From contig JBILLK010000017.1 of NCBI GenBank assembly GCA_044376115.1, positions 128,001 to 192,000 of the forward strand: a DNA stretch of 64,000 bases, written 5' to 3'. Origin of the DNA: Polyangiaceae bacterium. GTDB lineage: Bacteria > Myxococcota_A > Polyangia > Polyangiales > Polyangiaceae. The first letter of the stretch is position 1; each line of letters starts with the position of its first letter. The notes under the pieces were generated by a model, which worked only from the letters and a program-made list of their open reading frames with translations, was not told where the DNA came from and ran no database searches. Shown piece after piece: positions 56,027 through 64,000 of the stretch. The position numbers and the translations under genes were made by a program.

Positions 56027-56842
56027 GTGCGACCAACGCGGGAACAGCTCTCGTCGCTATCACCCAACGAGCGCATCACCTTTGAGATCGCTGACTTCCT
56101 CGCACGCCCGGAGCTCGCACCGCTGAGCGCTGGCTGGACGTCCGCCGTAACTGGAGGCGTCATTTGGACCTGTGCGGGGCGCAGGCTCAATATCGTTGGG
56201 CTGGAGCACGTGCAACGTTTCCACAAGCGGGACTCGTTCGTGCTGGTGGCGAATCATCGCTCCTTCTTCGACTTCTTCATCATATCGGCGATTCTCTATT
56301 GGCGTACCAACGTGTCCAAGCGGATGTTCTACCCCACGCGTGGAACGTTTTTTTACGATCAGCCTCTCGGTACAGCCGTCAACCTGGTCATGAGCGCAGG
56401 GCGCATGTTCCCGCCGGTGTTACGAGAGAAAGAGAAGCGCTCCTTTAACCGCTATTCGCTTGAACGTTGCCTCGAAGAACTCAACGTCCCCGGGACGATC
56501 CTCGCTCTTCACCCCGAGGGGACCCGCAACAAAGGGAACAATCCTTATCAACTGCTCAAGGCTCAACCTGGAGCAGGCCGGCTTGCTCTTTCCGGCAAGC
56601 CAACCATACCGGTCTTCATTCTCGGTATGACCAATAGCCTAGGCCTCGAGTTCATCAACAATTGGGCGAGACCCGCGCCGAACCCAATTGATGTGTTCTT
56701 TGGACCACCGGTAGACGTTGCAGCTCTACAGGGCAAAGCCAGCCAACTGCGTGCGCAAGTCGAGGCTGGGGAGCGCTGCATCGAAGCGATTCGAGCGTTG
56801 GGCGAGGCTCAGAAGGCCTACGCCGTTAGACGGATACCCTAA
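56027..56842 (+). CDS. Lysophospholipid acyltransferase (PlsC-like)
   Basis: NHRSFFD and HPEGTR motifs. Confidence 0.88.
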   Translation: MRPTREQLSSLSPNERITFEIADFLARPELAPLSAGWTSAVTGGVIWTCAGRRLNIVGLEHVQRFHKRDSFVLVANHRSFFDFFIISAILYWRTNVSKRMFYPTRGTFFYDQPLGTAVNLVMSAGRMFPPVLREKEKRSFNRYSLERCLEELNVPGTILALHPEGTRNKGNNPYQLLKAQPGAGRLALSGKPTIPVFILGMTNSLGLEFINNWARPAPNPIDVFFGPPVDVAALQGKASQLRAQVEAGERCIEAIRALGEAQKAYAVRRIP

Positions 56843-56846
56843 TAGG

Positions 56847-57203
56847 CTACTGGCATACCCCACGTACGGCACCGGAGCAGGTAAGCCCCTTGGGGCACGG
56901 CGGGAAGCGCGACCCGCACACGATCACGGGGCCTGCTGAAGCCGAAGGCGAAGGCTTGGCTGTCGCCGACGGAACTGGGTTGGAGCTGGCGACCGGGGAA
57001 GCGGACGCGCTGCTGCTTGGCGATGCGGAGCTGGGATTAGGCTCAGCCGTGGGAGGGCTCGTTGGTTCTGCAGTTGGCACACTGGCGGCAGCGCTAACGG
57101 GCGGCTTGGCCGTCGCCGATTGATCGTCGGGAGCAACCGCGTGGGTCGGCTCCTGACAGCCGAGCGCAAGCACACAATACGTAACGAGCATCGCCATTCG
57201 CAT
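56847..57203 (-). CDS. Small Pro/Ser-rich lipoprotein with C-terminal four-Cys module
   Basis: Lipobox ALGC; CGSRFPPCPKGLTC..C. Confidence 0.65.
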   Translation of the reverse strand: MRMAMLVTYCVLALGCQEPTHAVAPDDQSATAKPPVSAAASVPTAEPTSPPTAEPNPSSASPSSSASASPVASSNPVPSATAKPSPSASAGPVIVCGSRFPPCPKGLTCSGAVRGVCQ

Positions 57204-57347
57204 GCAGCGTTCTTACGCCACCGGTGCCCAAGTCCGAAACCGAGAACGACGTTCGTCGTAAAGACAGACTTCTTTCGCTTCGCGTCAACGCGTCAAGACT
57301 GCTCAAGAAAGCTCCAACGTCCATCGCGCGGAATGCGCAGCTAGGGT

Positions 57348-59240
57348 ATGAGGTTGAGTATGCGCTGTACTTCCGTCGTAGGCACAATCGGCCTCGCGCT
57401 TCTGGGAAGCGTGGGTTGCGGGGATGATTCGGGAACCGGTGGCACCGGTGGAACAGGAGGTGGGCCGGCCGCTGGGCCTACGATTGATATCGTTGTAGAT
57501 GCCGATCGCAACGGCGTCGCAGACGCTGCCTCCGAGGCAGATCAGGCCGGCGAGATGGAGTACCAGGGCAACGTTGGTGCGCTGTTCCTGCCCAACCTCG
57601 ATGACGATGATGCGGATGGGTACCGGGATTCGGACGACGTCACGGTCGCGACCAACGGGGATGAGCTCGATCTAGCAACGTTCAAACTCGCGGCCTGCGA
57701 AGAATGCCCCAAAGGCTCCACAGGCACCCTCACGATCGACGCAGAGTCGGCGAAGAACGTGCGTATCTTCGCTTTTGATCCCGACGCAAAGACGTGGTCG
57801 TTGGTCGCTGGGGAGACCAACTGGTGCATGAATGAAGCGCCAGAATGCACTCCGGTCGCGACGTGGGCCGTCAGCGCCACCAACGTGAAGGCTGGAGTTA
57901 CCCTGGCGATCGAGGCTCGCGACGTCGTGCGCAGCACCGAATCCGGCTGGATCGGCGTCGTGGATCTTAAGTACTCGGTGGTCGACGCGGACGGTAATCC
58001 CGTCACCTCCGATGGCAGCCCCAAAGGCGAGGACACAGCGCGCATGCGCGTTGCGCCGTGGGTTCTATTCGGCAACCTCTCACCGTTTGACCGGGTGTGG
58101 TCCTCCGATGATTCGAGCGAGTTCGTCGAAGGAGTGGCCGCCGGTGCGGAGGCAGCAGGCGTTGCCTATGACCCCTACGGGAACTATGGGGACCAGTGGA
58201 CGCAGGACTTCTTCCAAACCGGCTACTGGGCAATGCCGCGGGCCGGCGAGAACGGGGAGGTCGTAGCGCAAGGGATGGCGGTCGGAAACGCACGCCCCTG
58301 GGGGCGCAACAACTCCGATAACCAACTTCCCATCCGCTGGCTGATGAAGAACTACCTAGGGCCGGACAAGGCGGTGCTTCAGGTCTACAAGACGGATCAC
58401 ACGGGGGACTCGTATGACTCCCACGGCAATCACGACTTGATACCGCCTTATGAGAACGGCAGTGAGTCCTTCCCACTGGGGCGGATCTTGATCGGCTCGG
58501 GCGTGTTGAAGGAGACGCGCACCTTCTACAACGCGCAAGGCGCACAAGCCCCCTATTACACCGCTGACACGAGCTGGCTATTGGTGGGTCACGTGGACGA
58601 GTATCTGAGCTACGCGCCAGCAAGCACCGAGCGTGGCTGGAAGTTGCTCGTCGGCTCGCCGCGGCTCGCACGCGAAATGCTCGAAGACGCGCAGGCGGCC
58701 GGCAACGGAGACGCCGTAATGCACGAAGGTAAAGAGTGGTACGACTTCAACACCGGTGGTGAATATCCCGCAGATATCACCATTGATGAGGTGCTGGCGG
58801 ATACCGAGCTGATGGCTGGTTCGCAGAGCGCCCAAGCGGCCATTGATGATGAGGTCGGGAAGCTTCAGGAGGCCATTGGCTTGGCTGATGACGAGATCAT
58901 CGAGATTCCCTTCCTAGTCGGGGCTCAGAACTTTGGCGGCACCAAAGTCCACATCGCCTATCAGCCAGGAACCGTGAACATGTTGGTCATGGGCGACGTA
59001 GCGGTCATTCCGAAGCCGTTCGGTCCCAAGATCAACGGTGAAGACATCTTCGAGGCAGACCTACAAGAGAGCATGGGAAGCGGAGTGAACAAGCTAGGCA
59101 AAGACGGAAACGGGATGACCCTCGTCTTTGCGGATGATTGGGACTTTTATCACCGCCTCGACGGTGAAGTTCACTGTGGCACCAACCCGGAGGCCTCTGC
59201 CCCCTTCACGAGCCTCAACTGGTGGGAGACGGATCGATGA
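57348..59240 (+). CDS. Protein-arginine deiminase (PAD) family lipoprotein
   Basis: Lipobox SVGC; WTQD, SHGNH, WLLVGHVDE, VNMLV, GEVHCGTN; Asp-rich Ca-binding-like loops. Confidence 0.88.
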   Translation: MRLSMRCTSVVGTIGLALLGSVGCGDDSGTGGTGGTGGGPAAGPTIDIVVDADRNGVADAASEADQAGEMEYQGNVGALFLPNLDDDDADGYRDSDDVTVATNGDELDLATFKLAACEECPKGSTGTLTIDAESAKNVRIFAFDPDAKTWSLVAGETNWCMNEAPECTPVATWAVSATNVKAGVTLAIEARDVVRSTESGWIGVVDLKYSVVDADGNPVTSDGSPKGEDTARMRVAPWVLFGNLSPFDRVWSSDDSSEFVEGVAAGAEAAGVAYDPYGNYGDQWTQDFFQTGYWAMPRAGENGEVVAQGMAVGNARPWGRNNSDNQLPIRWLMKNYLGPDKAVLQVYKTDHTGDSYDSHGNHDLIPPYENGSESFPLGRILIGSGVLKETRTFYNAQGAQAPYYTADTSWLLVGHVDEYLSYAPASTERGWKLLVGSPRLAREMLEDAQAAGNGDAVMHEGKEWYDFNTGGEYPADITIDEVLADTELMAGSQSAQAAIDDEVGKLQEAIGLADDEIIEIPFLVGAQNFGGTKVHIAYQPGTVNMLVMGDVAVIPKPFGPKINGEDIFEADLQESMGSGVNKLGKDGNGMTLVFADDWDFYHRLDGEVHCGTNPEASAPFTSLNWWETDR

Positions 59241-60178
59241 AAACGGCTATTCGCGCATTCACCCTCGGGCTTTTGCTTTCAACGGCTGCCTTCGCTGGAG
59301 AGGCCCGCGCAGACGGCCTCGCCGCCAAGACCTCCGCGCTCAGCCCAGCGGCCCGAAGCTCGCTTCAGGCCGAGATCGAGTCGGCAAAGACTTCGTTCAG
59401 CACAGTCCGCGCCAAGGTGCGAGACGTGCAGAGCGTCAAGCCCGAGGTCTACAAGCAACGCAGAAACCCGGTGCCTGAGGCTGGGCGTGAACTGCAGGGG
59501 CTCGGCAAAGACGCGCTCATTCCCATGCTGGAGGCGCTCGCGTTTGATGCCTCTCAGCCGGGCCTGACGCAGGTGGAGGCGGAGGCTTTGACAGTCGGCA
59601 TGCTCTCGGCCGTCGGCAAACTGCGGGATTCGCGGAGCGCGCCGGTGTTGCGGGCTGTGTTTGAGGCGCAGACCTCGTCAACTCCGATCGCCTTTGCCGC
59701 GGCGGACGCCTTGGGCAAGCTCTGTGGAACCACCGAGCGAGCATTGCTAACCGACCAACTCAAAGACGGTAACTCGCTTCGGCTCGCCGCCGTCGCGGGG
59801 CTCGGGGAGTGTCGCCATAAGGCGGTCGTCAGCACGCTCGCCCCGCTGACCACTAGCGGCGAGTCACCCTTGCGCATTGAAGCGGTCAAAGCGCTCGGCA
59901 GCCTGGGCTCGAGTTGGGCCTGGGCGACGCTCGGCAAAGAGCGCGCGGCCGAAGCCCTCGCCATCCGCAACGCAGCAGCAGCAGCAGTGGTCGATGCGTT
60001 CGTTCGCAATGAAGACGTACGCACCGCCGCGAAACGCGCGCTGACGCAAATCGAGAGCCCACAAGCGCTCGATCTCGTGCGCACCGCGAAGGCCAATGCA
60101 ACCGACGCGGGAACCATCAAAGCGTTGGCCGGACTCGAGAAGAACCTGGAGAAGCTCGCTAAGCGATCGAAGCGCTAA
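59237..60178 (+). CDS. Exported HEAT-repeat protein
   Basis: Signal peptide ending ARA; AADALGK, AVAGLGE, AVKALGS repeats; ATGA overlap with PAD stop. Confidence 0.75.
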   Translation: MKTAIRAFTLGLLLSTAAFAGEARADGLAAKTSALSPAARSSLQAEIESAKTSFSTVRAKVRDVQSVKPEVYKQRRNPVPEAGRELQGLGKDALIPMLEALAFDASQPGLTQVEAEALTVGMLSAVGKLRDSRSAPVLRAVFEAQTSSTPIAFAAADALGKLCGTTERALLTDQLKDGNSLRLAAVAGLGECRHKAVVSTLAPLTTSGESPLRIEAVKALGSLGSSWAWATLGKERAAEALAIRNAAAAAVVDAFVRNEDVRTAAKRALTQIESPQALDLVRTAKANATDAGTIKALAGLEKNLEKLAKRSKR

Positions 60179-60243
60179 CGTTCAATCATCCAATCCTCAG
60201 CGGGCAGGCCCAGCGCTTGCCCGCTGCCGTTTTGTCTGCTGAA

Positions 60244-61581
60244 TTAGTGCGCCCTGCGCGTGACGCACGAACGGAGACCATGCTTCGGTCGCAGGGTGAC
60301 CGTTGGGTCCGGGACGGGCGTGTGCAAGACCTCGACGCGAAAGGACTGCGCCAACGTAGCGAGCAAAAGCACGGCCTCCATCTGAGCGAAGGCTTGCCCG
60401 ATGCAGAGCCTAGGCCCACCGCCAAATGGGAAGTAGGCATAGCGCGGTAGTGACTTCTGCAGGTCCCCAGCCCACCGCTCCGGCATGAAGCGCTCAGGCT
60501 CTTCGAAGAAGCGTGGGTCGCGCTGAATGACCCACGGACAGAACCAGACCTGACTTCCGCGTGGGATGCGGAACCCACCTAATTCAATGTCTTCACAGGC
60601 CTCACGCCCCGTCGACCAGGCGGGAGGAAAGACCCTTAGCGACTCCGCAATGACGTTCGCGGTGTACTTGAGCTTGGGTACGTCAGCCAACGTGGGCCGG
60701 CGATTACCCAGCACCTCGGCGAGCTCCTTCGCCAGTTCGCCATCGACCTCGGGATTGACGGTTAGCAGATGCCACGTCCACGAAAGCGCCAGCGCCGTGG
60801 TCTCGTGTCCGGCGAGGAACAGCGTCATGCACTCATCCCGAAGCTGCTTATCCGACATCGAGCTGCCATCCTCATCGACGGCCTGAAGCAACATCGACAG
60901 CAGGTCTTTCGAGTCGGTCTCGGACTTGTTCTTCCGTTTGCGCTCAATGACGCCGTAAATGACCGCGTCGAGCTTGGCCACAGCGGCGTCGAACTTGCGT
61001 GTTGCCGGTGTCGGCAGACCACGTAGGAACGGGAGCAATAGGTAGGTTGGATCGACCGTAACGTTTAGGACGGTCTCGAGCGCCTCGCCAACGTCGTCCG
61101 CGTGTTCGCCAACGTCCGCACCGAATAGCGTCTTGGCGACGATGTCCAAGGTCAAATGCATCATGTCGCGATGCACGTCGCGGGTCTCACCATCGCGCCA
61201 GCGAGCAGCCAACGCTAATGCATAATCAACCATGATGTCGGCGTAGCTTGCAATTCGATCGCGGTGGAATGCGGGCTGAGCCAAGCGGCGCTGACGACGC
61301 CAAAAGTCGCCCTCACTCGAGAGCAGCCCGTCCCCCAAGACCGGCCGCAGCGTTTGCAGGAACTGATCTTTCTTCCAGCGCCTATTGTGAGTGACCAGGA
61401 TCTCCTCGACCAGGGATGGGTGACTCACGAGCACCGCCTCGAGCGGGCCCAGTGTCACCCGCGCGACGTCTCCGTAGCGATCCCGCGTTGCGCAGAGAAA
61501 GCCGATTGGATCGCGCATGTATGCGGGAAGATTGCCGACGAGCGGCCAGCGCTCGGCCATGGGGGGAAGGGGGAGGACCAC
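60244..61581 (-). CDS. Cytochrome P450
   Basis: AGHETT, ESLR, PERF, FGGGPRLCIG. Confidence 0.95.
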   Translation of the reverse strand: MVLPLPPMAERWPLVGNLPAYMRDPIGFLCATRDRYGDVARVTLGPLEAVLVSHPSLVEEILVTHNRRWKKDQFLQTLRPVLGDGLLSSEGDFWRRQRRLAQPAFHRDRIASYADIMVDYALALAARWRDGETRDVHRDMMHLTLDIVAKTLFGADVGEHADDVGEALETVLNVTVDPTYLLLPFLRGLPTPATRKFDAAVAKLDAVIYGVIERKRKNKSETDSKDLLSMLLQAVDEDGSSMSDKQLRDECMTLFLAGHETTALALSWTWHLLTVNPEVDGELAKELAEVLGNRRPTLADVPKLKYTANVIAESLRVFPPAWSTGREACEDIELGGFRIPRGSQVWFCPWVIQRDPRFFEEPERFMPERWAGDLQKSLPRYAYFPFGGGPRLCIGQAFAQMEAVLLLATLAQSFRVEVLHTPVPDPTVTLRPKHGLRSCVTRRAH

Positions 61582-61706
61582 GAGGCCACCGTAGCAGCAG
61601 TCTTGCCCCGGCGGCTCGCTTCACCGAGCCCTTCAAAGACCACGGTCACGGCGCTGACCCTGCCAACAGCTTAAGGCCGGCGCCTCGCGAGCCGCTCACC
61701 CAAAGG

Positions 61707-62861
61707 ATGCATTCGTCTGCCCCAAGCCCGGTACTAGCTCCACGCATGCTTCGCGTGGACCCCGACAAACAGACGAAGACAGAGATCGTCGCCGTGAGGC
61801 CCGAGGAACTTGGTGTAGGGAAGATCGCACGCCCGCGAATTGCTCCCATCCCGCGCGTCGATCCAGCCGAGGAGGAGGTGCGCGACCGCTCCTCCTGGCC
61901 GCTGGTGAGCGGAGGCGATGACGACGACGATGACGTGCCAACGGCGATGAGGGATTGGAACGCCGACTCGCACCCGCCCGTGGTCGCCCCAATGCTTCGG
62001 GCGACCCTGATCCGTTTGGACGCCACTTCGGCGGGCCAGACTTTGGTGCTACCGGATACTCCGCTGCGTCTAGGACGCGGCCGCGACGTCGAGGTACGCG
62101 TCGACGATGAAGGCGTCAGTCGATTGCACGCTACGATCTGGCGAACCCCCGACGGATATGAGGTTACCGACCATCAGAGCCGCAACGGAACGGTGGTCAA
62201 CGGGCGGTTGATCAGCCGCAGCCATCTGCGCGACGGGGATGTCGTTCAGCTCGGCCCGCGCGTCTCCTTCCGCTTCTGCCTGATGGACGCTCGACAGGTC
62301 GACGTCATGAAACAGCTATTCGAGACCAGCGTTCGCGACGGTCTGACTGGCGCTTTTAATCGTCAACACCTGCAAGACCGTCTGCGTGGTGAGGTGGCCT
62401 ACGCTGTGAGGCACCGCTCGGAGCTCGGCTTGCTCCTGCTCGACGTTGATCATTTCAAGCGGGTCAATGACACCTTTGGACACCCGGCGGGGGACTCCGT
62501 TTTGCGGTTTGTCGCGGGCATCATTTCTAGTCGGCTTCGCACCGAGGATCTGTTCGCGCGCTACGGCGGAGAAGAGTTTGTCGCAGTCCTTCGAGGCATC
62601 GACCTGGCCGGTACGGCGCGGGCCGGAGAACGATTACGAGCCGTGCTCGCCGCGAACTGCCCAAGTCACGAGGGTCAGCTGATCCCGGTGACGGTGAGCA
62701 TTGGTGCGGCCTCGCTTTCAACCTCGCCCGACACGAGCGTGGACGGCCTGATCGCGCAGGCGGACAGGCGGCTCTATCTGGCCAAGAACCTGGGCCGCAA
62801 TCGCGTCATTGCCACCGACGATGGTGCGCCGCTGAACGCTGTCCGAGCTGACGCTCGCTAG
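61707..62861 (+). CDS. FHA-GGDEF diguanylate cyclase
   Basis: FHA (LGRG..SRLHA..SRNGT), DVDHFKRVND, RTED I-site, GGEEF; start approximate. Confidence 0.9.
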   Translation: MHSSAPSPVLAPRMLRVDPDKQTKTEIVAVRPEELGVGKIARPRIAPIPRVDPAEEEVRDRSSWPLVSGGDDDDDDVPTAMRDWNADSHPPVVAPMLRATLIRLDATSAGQTLVLPDTPLRLGRGRDVEVRVDDEGVSRLHATIWRTPDGYEVTDHQSRNGTVVNGRLISRSHLRDGDVVQLGPRVSFRFCLMDARQVDVMKQLFETSVRDGLTGAFNRQHLQDRLRGEVAYAVRHRSELGLLLLDVDHFKRVNDTFGHPAGDSVLRFVAGIISSRLRTEDLFARYGGEEFVAVLRGIDLAGTARAGERLRAVLAANCPSHEGQLIPVTVSIGAASLSTSPDTSVDGLIAQADRRLYLAKNLGRNRVIATDDGAPLNAVRADAR

Positions 62862-62910
62862 CAGCGTCATTCGAGCATCCGCCTTCGGCGGAGTGGTCTA
62901 TACAGGACGC

Positions 62911-63879
62911 ATGCGAGAGACCTTCGTCCCCCACACGGCGGCTGATGGAACCCGGTTGCACGTCGTTCGCTGGGAACCGGCTGAGCCCAAGAGTGTGCGC
63001 GCGGTAATGCACATTGCGCACGGTATGGCGGAGCATTGCGGCCGCTATCAACGGCTGGCCGAGGCCTTGACCCAAGCTGGCTTCGTCGTGTTTGCCAACG
63101 ATCACCGCGGGCATGGCAAGACGGCACAACCTTCGGCCGACGCCAACTCCAGCGAGTTGGGTCACTTGGCCGATGAGGGCGGCTGGGGAGCGGCGCTGGG
63201 AGACCTGCGGGCGTTGGTGCGTAAGGAGCAGGCCGTGTACCCCGGCCTACCGTTCGTATTGTTTGGCCACAGCATGGGCTCCTTCATGGTTCAGGAGCTG
63301 CTCTTCGATCTCTCGGACGTGCTAGCAGCAGCCGTACTCTCCGGCTCCAACGGCAAGCCCACGCCGATCGCCGCAGCTGGGCGCTTGGTCGCTCGCGCGG
63401 AGAAGCTCCGGCTCGGGGCACGCGGTCACAGCAAGTTGCTGATCGGTCTCTCGTTTGACACCTTCAACAAGGCGTTCGCCCCCAATCGCACCGCGTTTGA
63501 CTGGCTATCACGCGATGAAGCCGAGGTAGACGCTTACGTGGCCGATCCGCATTGTGGGTTCCCGTGCTCCACCGCGACGTGGATCGAGGTATTGGACGCT
63601 TTGGGCCGCATCGCAACCCCCGATCTCCAAAGGCGCATTCGCAAAGACTTACCCATCTATGTTTTCTCCGGCGCGCGCGACGCAGCCAACGGCAATACTC
63701 AAGGGCTGGTTCAGCTGCTGGGCGCTTATCAGCGCGCAGGGCTCCGTGAGGTGAGTCATCGTTTTTACGAGGGGGCTAGGCACGAGGTCCTCAACGAGAC
63801 GAACCGCGACGAAGTGACGCGGGATCTTCTCTCCTTCCTCGATCGGAAAGTCCTATGCGACGCCCGCTCAACTTCCTGA
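62911..63879 (+). CDS. Alpha/beta hydrolase (lysophospholipase/monoglyceride lipase-like)
   Basis: HGMAEH, DHRGHG, GHSMG, RHEVLNE. Confidence 0.9.
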   Translation: MRETFVPHTAADGTRLHVVRWEPAEPKSVRAVMHIAHGMAEHCGRYQRLAEALTQAGFVVFANDHRGHGKTAQPSADANSSELGHLADEGGWGAALGDLRALVRKEQAVYPGLPFVLFGHSMGSFMVQELLFDLSDVLAAAVLSGSNGKPTPIAAAGRLVARAEKLRLGARGHSKLLIGLSFDTFNKAFAPNRTAFDWLSRDEAEVDAYVADPHCGFPCSTATWIEVLDALGRIATPDLQRRIRKDLPIYVFSGARDAANGNTQGLVQLLGAYQRAGLREVSHRFYEGARHEVLNETNRDEVTRDLLSFLDRKVLCDARSTS

Positions 63880-64000
63880 GCGTTCGCGATCTTGCTCGCG
63901 TAACCGAGAGCACGATTGCTCATTACAACGAGTCGACGCATGCGTTCTGGAAGGGCACCAAGGACCACGATGTAAGCCAAAACATCGAGGCGTTCCTCAG

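Noticed and set aside
63765..64000. Possible minus-strand gene end at the window edge
   Set aside because: Frame ambiguous, overlaps the hydrolase, no recognisable motif.
1..64000. tRNA (including selC), rRNA, CRISPR, IS or prophage elements
   Set aside because: None recognised; intergenic spaces are short and no transposase, integrase or cas motifs were seen.

Overview
Gene-dense, GC-rich bacterial chromosome segment. The gene content (Hanks kinases, FHA-sigma54 activators, FHA-GGDEF, DUF4388/J-domain, Gly- and Cys-rich lipoproteins, ECF/FecR pair) points to a myxobacterium, probably Polyangiaceae-like (inference). I saw no rRNA, tRNA, CRISPR array or mobile element. Main observation: a minus-strand gene missed by the ORF track (about 55921/55939 to 55157) has an in-frame TGA directly after a signal-peptide AHA cleavage motif. 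A hairpin follows with GGU at +19..+21 after the UGA, the same spacing as the E. coli fdhF SECIS. This makes it a candidate exported, beta-barrel-like selenoprotein with Sec as the first mature residue, upstream of a membrane protein and a Tat-DUF1800/DUF1501 pair. Other notable loci: (i) a two-gene RNA repair operon (RNA ligase-polynucleotide kinase, plus an MJ1316-EEP-2H-poly(A) polymerase-like fusion); (ii) a lipoprotein protein-arginine deiminase coupled to an exported HEAT-repeat protein; (iii) a RegB/RegA operon with a RegA box, Cys/His lipoprotein, CC-barrel and YtkA-like copper chaperone; (iv) an exopolysaccharide locus with two tandem co-polymerases and a degenerate BY-kinase; (v) an uncalled 42-aa TatA-like ORF. 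All family calls come from motif recognition by eye; no searches were run.
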